From the NCBI RefSeq assembly GCF_035084215.1, contig NW_027138693.1:1-37860 (forward strand): a stretch of DNA of 37,860 nt, given 5' to 3'. Shown one piece after another: positions 1 to 12,000 of this stretch (its first letter is position 1; every line of letters begins with the position of its first letter). Under the pieces are notes generated by a model, which saw only the letters and a program-made list of their open reading frames with translations, was not told the DNA's origin and ran no database searches. The DNA is from Heptranchias perlo (taxonomy: Eukaryota). The position numbers were made by a program, and so were the translations under genes.

Positions 1-3000
1 TGGGGGGAGTGAGAGTCGGTGAGTGAGGGGGGGAGTGAGAGTCGGTGAGTGAGTGGGGGCACTGAACGTCGGTGAGTGAGGGTGGAGTGGGGAGTCGGTG
101 AGTGAGGGGGGGTAGTGAGAGTCGGTGAGTGAGGGGGGACTGAGAGTCGGTGAGTGAGGGGGGGGAGTGAGAGTCGGTGAGTGAGGCGGGGAGTGAGAGT
201 CGGTGAGTGAGGGGGGAGTGAGAGTCGGTGAGTGAGGGGGGAGTGAGAGTCGGTGAGTGAGGGGGGAGTGAGAGTCTGTGAGTGAGGGGGGACTGAGAGT
301 CTGTGAGTGAGGGGGGGATTTAGAGTCGGTGAGTCAGGAGGGGGCTGAGAGTCGGTGAGTGGGGGGGGAGTGAGAGTCGTTGAGAGAGGGGGGGGAGTGA
401 GAGTCGGTGAGTGAGGGGGGGAGTGAGAGTCGGTGAGTGACGGGGGACTGAGAGTCGGTGAGTGTGGGGGGAATGAGAGTCGGTGAGTGAGGGGGGGACT
501 GAGAGTCGGTGAGTGAGGGGGGAGTGAGAGTCGGTGATTGAGGCGGGGGAGTGAGAGTCGGTGAGTGAGGGGGGAGTGAGAGTCGGTGAGTGAGGGGGGA
601 GTGAGAGTAGGTGAGTGAGGCGGGGAGTGAGAGTCGGTGAGTGAGGGGGGAGTGAGAGTCGGTGAGTGAGGGGGGAGTGAGAGTCGGTGAGTGAGGGGGG
701 AGTGAGAGTCGGTGAGTGAGAGGGGAGTGAGAGTCGGTGAGTGAGGGGGGAGTGAGAGTCGGTGAGTGAGGGGGGAGTGAGAGTCGGTGAGTGAGGGGGG
801 AGTGAGAGTCGGTGAGTGAGGGGGGAGTAAGAGTCGGTGAGTGAGGGGGGGAGTGAGAGTCGGTGAGTGTGGGGGGGAGTGAGAGTCGGTGAGTGAGGGG
901 GGGAGTGAGAGTCGGTGAGTGAGGGGGGGAGTGAGAGTCGGTATGTGAGGGGGGGAGTGAGAGTCGGTGAGTGAGGCGGAGAGTGAGAGTCGGTGAGTGT
1001 GGGGGGAGTGAGAGTCGGTGAGTGAGGTGGGAGTGAGAGTCGGTGAGTGAGGCGGAAAGTGAGAGTCGGTGAGTGTGGGGGGAGTGAGAGTCGGTGAGTG
1101 AGGGGGGGGGAGTGAGAGTCGGTGAGTGTGGGGGGGGAGTGAGAGTCGGTGAGTGAGGGGGGGAGTGAGAGTCGGTGAGTGAGGGGGGGAGTGAGAGTCG
1201 GTGAGTGATGGGGGGAGTGAGAGTCGGTGAGTGAGGGGGGAGTGAGAGTCGGTGAGTGAGGGGGGGGAATGAGAGTTGGTGAGTGTGGGGGGGGAGTGAG
1301 AGTCGGTGAGTGAGGGGGGGAGTGAGAGTCGGTGAGTGAGGGGGGAGTGAGAGTCGGTGAGTGAGGGGGGGATTTAGAGTCGGTGAGTGACGAGGGGGCT
1401 GAGAGTCGGTGAGTGAGGGGGGAGTGAGAGTCGTTGAGTGAGGGGGGAGTGAGAGTCGGTGAGTGAGGGGGGGAGTGAGAGTCGGTGAGTGAGGGGGGGC
1501 ACTGAGAGTCGGTGAGTGAGGGGGGGAGTGAGAGTCGGTGAGTGAGGGGGGGAGTGAGAGTCGGTGAGTGAGGGGGGACTGAGAGTCTGTGAGTGAGGGG
1601 GGAGTGAGAGTCGGTGAGTGAGGGGGGGAGTGAGAGTCGGTGAGTGAGGGGGGAGTGAGAGTCGGTGAGTGAGGGGGGAGTGAGAGTCGGTGAGTGAGGG
1701 GGGAGTGAGAGTCGGTGAGTGAGGGGGGAATGAGAGTTGGTGAGTGTGGGGGGGAGTGAGAGTCGGTGAGTGAGGGGGGAGTGAGAGTCGGTGAGTGAGG
1801 GGGGAGTGAGAGTTGGTGAGTGAGGCGGAGAGTGAGAGTCGGTGAGTGAGGGGGGGGAGTGAGAGTCGGTGAGTGTGGGGGGGAGTGAGAGTCGGTGAGT
1901 GAGGGGGGGAGTGAGAGTCGGTGAGTGAGGGAGGGAGTGAGAGTCGGTGAGTGAGGGGGGGAGTGAGAGTCGGTGAGTGAGGGGGGGAGTGAGAGTCGGT
2001 TAGTGAGGGGGGCACTGAGAGTCGGTGAGTGAGGGGGGGAGTGAGAGTCGGTGAGTGAGGGGGGGAGTGAGAGTCGGTGAGTGAGGGGGGGTGTGAGAAG
2101 GGGAGTGAGAGTCGGTGAGTGAGGGGGGGTGTGAGAGTCGGTGAGTGAGGGGGGGACTGAAAGTCTGTGAGTGAGGAAGGGGCTGAGAGTCGGTGAGTGA
2201 GGGGGGGACTGAGAGTCGGTGAGTGAGGGGGGGGAGTGAGAGTCGTGGAGTGAGGGGGGGTGTGAGAGTCGGTGAGTGAGGGGGGAGTGAGAGTCGGTGA
2301 GTGAGGGGGGGAGTGAGAGTCGGTGAGTGAGGGGGGGGAGTGAGTGTCGGTGAGTGAGGGGGAGAGTGAGAGTCGGTGATGTGGGGGGAGTGAGAGTCGG
2401 TGATTGAGGGTGGAGTGAGAGTCTGTGAGTGAGGGGGGACTGAGAGTCTGTGAGTGAGGGGGGGTGTGAGAGTCGATGAGTGAGGGGGGATTGAGAGTCG
2501 GTGAGTGAGGAGGGGGCTGAGAGTCGGTGAGTGAGGGGGGAGTGAGAGTCGGTGAGTGAGGGGGGGAGTGAGAGTCGGTGAGTGACGGGGGGGCACTGAG
2601 AGTCGGTGAGTGAGGGGGGGGGGAGTGAGAGTCGGTGAGTGAGGGGGGGAGAGAGAGTCGGTGAGTGAGAGGGGGGGAGTGAGAGTCGATGAGTGAGGGG
2701 GGGAGTGAGAGTCGGTGAGTGAGGGGGGGAGTGAGAGTCGGTGAGCGAGGGGGGGAGTGAGAGTCTGTGAGTGAGGGGGGTGTGAGAGTCGGGAAGTCAG
2801 GGGGTAGTGAGAGTCGGTGAGTGAGGGGGGTAGTGAGAGTCGGTGAGTGAGGGGGGGATTGAGAGTCGGTGAGTGAGGGGGGGAGTGAGAGTCGGTGAGT
2901 GAGGGGGGGGAGTGAGAGTCGGTGAGTGAGGGGGGGACTGAGAGTCGGTGAGTGAGGGGGGAGTGAGAGTCGGTGAGTGAGGGGGGGACTGAGAGTCGGT

Positions 3001-6000
3001 GAGTGAGGGGGGAGTGAGAGTCGTTGAGTGAGGGGGGGAGTGAGAGTCGTTGAGTGAGGGGGGACTGAGAGTCTGTGAGTGAGGGGGGGACTGAGAGTCG
3101 GTGAATGAGGGGGGAGTGAGAGTCGGTGAGTGAGGGGGGAGTGAGAGTCTGTGAGTGAGGGGGGACTGAGAGTCTGTGAGTGAGGGGGGGACTGAGAGTC
3201 GGTGAATGAGGGGGGAGTGAGAGTCGGTGAGTGAGGGGGGGAGTGAGAGTCAGTGAGTGAGGGGGGGCACTGAACGTCGGTGAGTGAGGGTGGAGTGGGA
3301 GTCGGTGAGTGAGGGGGGGAGTGAGAGTCGGTGAGTGAGGGGGGGAGTGAGTGTCGGTGAGTGAGGGGGGTAGTGAGAGTCGGTGAGTGAGGGGGGGAGT
3401 GAGAGTCGGTGAGTGAGGGGGGAGTGAGAGTCGGTGAGTGAGGGGGGGGGACTGAGAGTCGGTGAGTGAGGGGGGGAGTGAGAGTCGGTGAGTGAGGGGG
3501 GAGTGAGAGTCTGTGAGTGAGGGGGGACTGAGAGTCTGTGAGTGAGGGGGGGTGTGAGAGTCGGTGAGTGAGGGGGGGATTTAGAGTCGGTGAGTGAGGA
3601 GGGGGCTGAGAGTCGGTGAGTGGGGGGGAGTGAGAGTCGTTGAGTGAGGGGGGAGTGAGAGTCGGTGAGTGAGGGGGGGAATGAGAGTCGGTGAGTGAGG
3701 GGGGAGTGAGAGTCGGTGAGTGAGGGGGGAGTGAGAGTCGGTGAGTGTGGGGGGGAGTGAGAGTCGGTGAGTGAGGGGGGGAGTGAGAGTCGGTGAGTGT
3801 GAGGGGGGAGTAAGAGTCGGTGAGTGTGGGGGGAGTGAGAGTCGGTGAGTGAGGGGGGGAGTGAGAGTCGGTGAGTGTGTGGGGAGTGAGAGTCGGTGAG
3901 TGAGGGGGAAGTGAGAGTCGGTGAGTGAGGGGGGGGAGTGAGACTCGGTGAGTGAGGGGGGGGGAGTGAGAGTCGGTGAGTGTGGGGGGAGTGAGAGTCG
4001 GTGAGTGAGGGGGGAGTGAGAGTCTGTGAGTGAGGGGGGACTGAGAGTCTGTGAGTGAGGGGGGGGTGTGAGAGTCGGTGAGTGAGGGGGGATTTAGAGT
4101 CGGTGAGTGACGAGGGGGCTGAGAGTCGGTGAGTGAGGGGGGAGTGAGAGTCGTTGAGTGAGGGGGGAGTGAGAGTCGGTGAGTGAGGGGGGGAGTGAGA
4201 GTCGGTGAGTGAGGGGGGGTGTGAGAAGGGGAGTGAGAGTCGGTGAGTGAGGGGGGGTGTGAGAGTCGGTGAGTGAGGGGGGAGTGAGAGTAGGTGAGTG
4301 AGGCGGGGAGTGAGAGTCTGTGAGTGAGGGGGGACTGAGAGTCTGTGAGTGAGGGGGGGTGTGAGAGTCGGTGAGTGAGGGGGGGATTTAGAGTCGGTGA
4401 GTGAGGAGGGGGCTGAGAGTCGGTGAGTGAGGGGGGAGTGAGAGTCGTTGAGTGAGGGGGGAGTGAGAGTCGGTGAGTGAGGCGGGGAGTGAGAGTCGGT
4501 GAGTGAGGGGGGGAGTGAGAGTCGGTGAGTGAGGGGGGAGACTGAGAGTCGGTGAGTGAGGGGGGGAGTGAGAGTCGGTGAATGAGGGGGGAGTGAGAGT
4601 CGGTGAGTGAGGGGGGGAGTGAGAGTCGGTGAGTGAGGGGGGGAGTGAGAGTCGGTGAGTGAGGGGGGGAGTGAGAGTCGGTGAGTGAGGGGGGGGAGTG
4701 AGAGTCGGTGAGTGAGGGGGGGAGTGAGATTCGGTGAGTGAGGGGGGAGTGAGAGTCTGTGAGTGTGGGGGGGACTGAGAGTCGGTGAGTGAGGGGGGAG
4801 TGAGAGTCGGTGAGTGAGGGGGGAGTGAGAGTCGGTGAGTGAGGGGGGGAGTGAGAGTCGGTGAGTGAGTGGGGGCACTGAACGTCGGTGAGTGAGGGTG
4901 GAGTGGGAGTCGGTGAGTGAGGGGGGGGTAGTGAGAGTCGGTGAGTGAGGGGGGACTGAGAGTCGGTGAGTGAGGGGGGGAGTGAGAGTCGGTGAGTGAG
5001 GCGGGGAGTGAGAGTCGGTGAGTGAGGGGGGAGTGAGAGTCGGTGAGTGAGGGGGGGAGTGAGAGTCGGTGAGTGAGGGGGGAGTGAGAGTCTGTGAGTG
5101 AGGGGGGACTGAGAGTCTGTGAGTGAGGGGGGGATTTAGAGTCGGTGAGTCAGGAGGGGGCTGAGAGTCGGTGAGTGGGGGGGGAGTGAGAGTCGTTGAG
5201 AGAGGGGGGGAGTGAGAGTCGGTGAGTGAGGGGGGGAGTGAGAGTCGGTGAGTGACGGGGGGAGTGAGAGTCGGTGAGTGAGGGGCGGTGTGAGAGTCGG
5301 TGAGTGAGGGGGGACTGAGAGTCGGTGAGTGTGGGGGGAATGAGAGTCGGTGAGTGAGGGGGGGACTGAGAGTCGGTGAGTGAGGGGGGAGTGAGAGTCG
5401 GTGATTGAGGCGGGGAGTGAGAGTCGGTGAGTGAGGGGGGAGTGAGAGTCGGTGAGTGAGGGGGGAGTGAGAGTAGGTGAGTGAGGCGGGGAGTGAGAGT
5501 CGGTGAGTGAGGGGGGAGTGAGAGTCGGTGAGTGAGGGGGGAGTGAGAGTCGGTGAGTGAGGGGGGAGTGAGAGTCGGTGAGTGAGAGGGGAGTGAGAGT
5601 CGGTGAGTGAGGGGGGAGTGAGAGTCGGTGAGTGAGGGGGGAGTGAGAGTCGGTGAGTGAGGGGGGAGTGAGAGTCGGTGAGTGAGGGGGGAGTAAGAGT
5701 CGGTGAGTGAGGGGGGGAGTGAGAGTCGGTGAGTGTGGGGGGGAGTGAGAGTCGGTGAGTGAGGGGGGGAGTGAGAGTCGGTGAGTGAGGGGGGGAGTGA
5801 GAGTCGGTATGTGAGGGGGGGGAGTGAGAGTCGGTGAGTGAGGCGGAGAGTGAGAGTCGGTGAGTGTGGGGGGAGTGAGAGTCGGTGAGTGAGGTGGGAG
5901 TGAGAGTCGGTGAGTGAGGCGGAAAGTGAGAGTCGGTGAGTGTGGGGGGAGTGAGAGTCGGTGAGTGAGGGGGGGGAGTGAGAGTCGGTGAGTGAGGGGG

Positions 6001-9000
6001 GGGAGTGAGAGTCGGTGAGTGTGGGGGGGAGTGAGAGTCGGTGAGTGAGGGGGGGAGTGAGAGTCGGTGAGTGAGGGGGGGAGTGAGAGTCGGTGAGTGA
6101 TGGGGGGAGTGAGAGTCGGTGAGTGAGGGGGGAGTGAGAGTCGGTGAGTGAGGGGGGGAATGAGAGTTGGTGAGTGTGGGGGGGAGTGAGAGTCGGTGAG
6201 TGAGGGGGGGAGTGAGAGTCGGTGAGTGAGGGGGGAGTGAGAGTCGGTGAGTGAGGGGGGGATTTAGAGTCGGTGAGTGACGAGGGGGCTGAGAGTCGGT
6301 GAGTGAGGGGGGAGTGAGAGTCGTTGAGTGAGGGGGGAGTGAGAGTCGGTGAGTGAGGGGGGGAGTGAGAGTCGGTGAGTGAGGGGGGGCACTGAGAGTC
6401 GGTGAGTGAGGGGGGGGAGTGAGAGTCGGTGAGTGAGGGGGGGAGTGAGAGTCGGTGAGTGAGGGGGGGACTGAGAGTCTGTGAGTGAGGGGGGAGTGAG
6501 AGTCGGTGAGTGAGGGGGGGAGTGAGAGTCGGTGAGTGAGGGGGGAGTGAGAGTCGGTGAGTGAGGGGGGAGTGAGAGTCGGTGAGTGAGGGGGGAGTGA
6601 GAGTCGGTGAGTGAGGGGGGAATGAGAGTTGGTGAGTGTGGGGGGGAGTGAGAGTCGGTGAGTGAGGGGGGAGTGAGAGTCGGTGAGTGAGGGGGGAGTG
6701 AGAGTTGGTGAGTGAGGCGGAGAGTGAGAGTCGGTGAGTGAGGGGGGGGAGTGAGAGTCGGTGAGTGTGGGGGGGAGTGAGAGTCGGTGAGTGAGGGGGG
6801 GAGTGAGAGTCGGTGAGTGAGGGAGGGAGTGAGAGTCGGTGAGTGAGGGGGGAGTGAGAGTCGGTGAGTGAGGGGGGGAGTGAGAGTCGGTTAGTGAGGG
6901 GGGCACTGAGAGTCGGTGAGTGAGGGGGGGAGTGAGAGTCGGTGAGTGAGGGGGGGAGTGAGAGTCGGTGAGTGAGGGGGGGTGTGAGAAGGGGAGTGAG
7001 AGTCGGTGAGTGAGGGGGGGTGTGAGAGTCGGTGAGTGAGGGGGGGGACTGAAAGTCTGTGAGTGAGGAAGGGGCTGAGAGTCGGTGAGTGAGGGGGGGG
7101 ACTGAGAGTCGGTGAGTGAGGGGGGGAGTGAGAGTCGGTGAGTGAGGGGGGAGTGAGAGTCGGTGAGTGAGGGGGGGAGTGAGAGTCGGTGAGTGAGGGG
7201 GGGAGTGAGTGTCGGTGAGTGAGGGGGAGAGTGAGAGTCGGTGATGTGGGGGGAGTGAGAGTCGGTGATTGAGGGTGGAGTGAGAGTCTGTGAGTGAGGG
7301 GGGACTGAGAGTCTGTGAGTGAGGGGGGGTGTGAGAGTCGATGAGTGAGGGGGGATTGAGAGTCGGTGAGTGAGGAGGGGGCTGAGAGTCGGTGAGTGAG
7401 GGGGGAGTGAGAGTCGGTGAGTGAGGGGGGGAGTGAGAGTCGGTGAGTGACGGGGGGGCACTGAGAGTCGGTGAGTGAGGGGGGGGGAGTGAGAGTCGGT
7501 GAGTGAGGGGGGGAGAGAGAGTCGGTGAGTGAGAGGGGGGGAGTGAGAGTCGATGAGTGAGGGGGGGAGTGAGAGTCGGTGAGTGAGGGGGGGAGTGAGA
7601 GTCGGTGAGTGAGGGGGGGATTGAGAGTCGGTGAGTGAGGGGGGGAGTGAGAGTCGGTGAGTGAGGGGGGGAGTGAGAGTCGGTGAGTGAGGGGGGGACT
7701 GAGAGTCGGTGAGTGAGGGGGGAGTGAGAGTCGGTGAGTGAGGGGGGGACTGAGAGTCGGTGAGTGAGGGGGGAGTGAGAGTCGTTGAGTGAGGGGGGGA
7801 GTGAGAGTCGTTGAGTGAGGGGGGACTGAGAGTCTGTGAGTGAGGGGGGGACTGAGAGTCGGTGAATGAGGGGGGAGTGAGAGTCGGTGAGTGAGGGGGG
7901 AGTGAGAGTCTGTGAGTGAGGGGGGACTGAGAGTCTGTGAGTGAGGGGGGGACTGAGAGTCGGTGAATGAGGGGGGAGTGAGAGTCGGTGAGTGAGGGGG
8001 GGAGTGAGAGTCAGTGAGTGAGGGGGGGCACTGAACGTCGGTGAGTGAGGGTGGAGTGGGAGTCGGTGAGTGAGGGGGGGGAGTGAGAGTCGGTGAGTGA
8101 GGGGGGGAGTGAGTGTCGGTGAGTGAGGGGGGTAGTGAGAGTCGGTGAGTGAGGGGGGGAGTGAGAGTCGGTGAGTGAGGGGGGAGTGAGAGTCGGTGAG
8201 TGAGGGGGGGGACTGAGAGTCGGTGAGTGAGGGGGGGGAGTGAGAGTCGGTGAGTGAGGGGGGGAGTGAGAGTCTGTGAGTGAGGGGGGACTGAGAGTCT
8301 GTGAGTGAGGGGGGGTGTGAGAGTCGGTGAGTGAGGGGGGGATTTTGAGTCGGTGAGTGAGGAGGGGGCTGAGAGTCGGTGAGTGGGGGGGAGTGAGAGT
8401 CGTTGAGTGAGGGGGGAGTGAGAGTCGGTGAGTGAGGGGGGGAATGAGAGTCGGTGAGTGAGGGGGGAGTGAGAGTCGGTGAGTGAGGGGGGAGTGAGAG
8501 TCGGTGAGTGTGGGGGGGAGTGAGAGTCGGTGAGTGAGGGGGGAGTGAGAGTCGGTGAGTGAGGGGGGGAGTAAGAGTCGGTGAGTGTGGGGGGAGTGAG
8601 AGTCGGTGAGTGAGGGGGGGAGTGAGAGTCGGTGAGTGTGTGGGGAGTGAGAGTCGGTGAGTGAGGGGGAAGTGAGAGTCGGTGAGTGAGGGGGGGGAGT
8701 GAGACTCGGTGAGTGAGGGGGGGGAGTGAGAGTCGGTGAGTGTGGGGGGGAGTGAGAGTCGGTGAGTGAGGGGGGAGTGAGAGTCTGTGAGTGAGGGGGG
8801 ACTGAGAGTCTGTGAGTGAGGGGGGGTGTGAGAGTCGGTGAGTGAGGGGGGGATTTAGAGTCGGTGAGTGACGAGGGGGCTGAGAGTCGGTGAGTGAGGG
8901 GGGAGTGAGAGTCGTTGAGTGAGGGGGGAGTGAGAGTCGGTGAGTGAGGGGGGGAGTGAGAGTCGGTGAGTGAGGGGGGGTGTGAGAAGGGGAGTGAGAG

Positions 9001-12000
9001 TCGGTGAGTGAGGGGGGGTGTGAGAGTCGGTGAGTGAGGGGGGAGTGAGAGTAGGTGAGTGAGGCGGGGAGTGAGAGTCTGTGAGTGAGGGGGGACTGAG
9101 AGTCTGTGAGTGAGGGGGGGTGTGAGAGTCGGTGAGTGAGGGGGGGATTTAGAGTCGGTGAGTGAGGAGGGGGCTGAGAGTCGGTGAGTGAGGGGGGAGT
9201 GAGAGTCGTTGAGTGAGGGGGGGAGTGAGAGTCGGTGAGTGAGGCGGGGAGTGAGAGTCGGTGAGTGAGGGGGGAGTGAGAGTCGGTGAGTGAGGGGGGA
9301 GTGAGAGTAGGTGAGTGAGGCGGGGAGTGAGAGTCGGTGAGTGAGGGGGGAGTGAGAGTCGGTGAGTGAGGGGGGAGTGAGAGTCGGTGAGTGAGGGGGG
9401 AGTGAGAGTCGGTGAGTGAGGGGGGAGTGAGAGTCGTGGAGTGAGGGTGGGACTGAGAGTCTGTGAGTGAGGGGGGGAGCGAGAGTCGGTGAATGAGGGG
9501 GGGAGTGAGAGTCGGTGAGTGAGGGGGGGCGTGAGAGTCGGTGAGTGAGGGGGGGAGTGAGAGTCGGTGAGTGAGGGGGGGAGAGAGAGTCGGTGAGTGA
9601 GGGGGGGAGAGAGAGTCGGTGAGTGAGGGGGGAGTGAGAGTCGGTGAGTGGGGGGGGAGTGAGAGTCGGTGAGTGAGGGGGGGAGTGAGAGTCGTGGAGT
9701 GAGGGGGGGAGTGAGAGTCGCGGAGTGAGGGGGGGGACTGAGAGTCTGTGAGTGAGGGGGGGGAGCGAGAGTCGGTGAATGAGGGGGGAGTGAGAGTCGG
9801 TGAGTGAGGGGGGGCGTGAGAGTCGGTGAGTGAGGGGGGGAGTGAGAGTCGATGAGTGAGGGGGGGAGTGAGATTCGGTGAGTGAGGGGGGAGTGAGAGT
9901 CTGTGAGTGAGGGGGGGACTGAGAGTCGGTGAATGAGGGGGGAGTGAGAGTCGGTGAGTGAGGGGGGAGTGAGAGTCGGTGAGTGAGGGGGGGGCACTGA
10001 ACGTCGGTGAGTGAGGGTGGAGTGGGAGTCGGTGAGTGAGGGGGGTAGTGAGAGTCGGTGAGTGAGGGGGGGAGTGAGAGTCGGTGAGTGAGGGGGGAGT
10101 GAGAGTCGGTGAGTGAGGGGGGAGTGAGAGTCGGTGAGTGAGGGGGGAGTGAGAGTCTGTGAGTGAGGGGGGACTGAGAGTCTGTGAGTGAGGCGGGGAT
10201 TTAGAGTCGGTGAGTCAGGAGGGGGCTGAGAGTCGGTGAGTGGGGGGGGAGTGAGAGTCGTTGAGTGAGGGGGGGAGTGAGAGTCGGTGAGTGAGGGGGG
10301 GAGTGAGAGTCGGTGAGTGAGGGGGGACTGAGAGTCGGTGAGTGAGGGGGGGACTGAGAGTCGGTGAGTGAGGGGGGAGTGAGAGTCGGTGAGGGAGGGG
10401 GGAGTGAGAGTCGGTGAGTGAGGGGGGAGTGAGAGTCGGTGAGTGAGGGGGGGAGTGAGAGTCGGTGAGTGAGGGGGGGAGTGAGAGTCGGTGAGTGAGG
10501 CGGTGAGTGTGGGGGGAGTGAGAGTCGGTGAGTGAGGGGGGGGAGTGAGAGTCGGTGAGTGAGGGGGGGAGTGAGAGTCGGTGAGTGTGGGGGGGAGTGA
10601 GAGTCGGTGAGTGAGGGGGGGAGTGAGAGTCGGTGAGTGAGGGGGAGAGTGAGAGTCGGTGACTGTGGGGGGAGTGAGAGTCGGTGAGTGAGGGGGGGAG
10701 CGAGAGTCGGTGAGTGAGGGGGGGAGTGAGAGTCGGTGAGTGAGGGGGAGAGTGAGAGTCGGTGACTGTGGGGGGAGTGAGAGTCGGTGAGTGAGGGGGG
10801 GAGTGAGAGTCGGTGAGTGAGGGGGGGAGTGAGAGTCGGTGAGTGTGGGGGGAGTGAGAGTCGGTGAGTGAGGGGGGGAGTGAGAGTCTGTGAGTGAGGG
10901 GGAACTGAGAGCCTGTGAGTGAGGGGGGGGGAGTGAGAGTCGGTGAGTGAGGGGGGGGTGTGAGAGTCGGTGAGTGAGGGGGGGATTTAGAGTCGGTGAG
11001 TGAGGAGGGGGCTGAGAGTCGGTGAGTGATGGGGGAATGAGAGTCGTTGAGTGAGTGGGGAGTGAGAGTCGGTGAGTGAGGGGGGGCACTGAGAGTCGGT
11101 GAGTGAGGGGGGGAGTGAGAGACGGTGAGTGAGGGGGTGTTTGAGAGGGGGAGTGAGAGTCGGTGAGTGAGGGGGGGAGTGAGAGTCGGTGAGTGAGGGG
11201 GGAGTGAGAGTCGGTGAGTGAGGGGGGAGTGAGAGTCGGTGAGTGAGGGGGGGAGTGAGAGTCGGTGAGTTCGGGGGGGATTGAGAGTCGGTGAGTGAGG
11301 GGGGAGTGAGAGTCGGTGAGTGAGGGGGGAGTGAGAGTCGGTGAGTGAGGGGGGAGTGAGAGTCGGTGAGTGAGGGCGGGACTGAGAGTCGGTGAGTGAG
11401 GGGGGGACTGAAAGTCTGTGAGTGAGGAGGGGGCTGAGAGTCGGTGAGTGAGGGGGGGAGTGAGAGTCGGTGAGTGTGGGGGGAGTGAGAGTCGGTGAGT
11501 GTGGGGGGAGTGAGAGTCGGTGAGTGAGGGGGGGAGTGAGAGTCGGTGAGTGAGGGGGGGAGTGAGAGTCGGTGTGTGAGGGGGAGAGTGAGAGTCGGTG
11601 AGTGAGGGCGGGCACTGAACGTCGGTGAGTGAGGGGGGGAGTGAGAGTCGGTGAGTGAGGGGGGGAGTGAGAGTCGGTGAGTGAGGGGGGGAGTGAGAGT
11701 CGGTGAGTGAGGGCGGGCACTGAACGTCGGTGAGTGAGGGGGGGGAGTGAGAGTCGGTGAGTGAGGGGGGGAGTGAGAGTCGGTGAGTGAGGCGGGGAGT
11801 GAGAGTCGGTGTGTGAGGGGGGGAGTGAGAGTCGGTGAGTGAGGGGGTACTGAGAGTCTGTGAGTGAGGGGGGTTTGAGAGTCGGTGAGTGAGGGGGGGC
11901 ACTGAGAGTCGGTGAGTGAGGGGGGGAGTGAGAGTCGGTGAGTGAGGAGGGGGCTGAGAGTCGGTGAGTGGGGGGGGAGTGAGAGTCGTTGAGTGAGGGG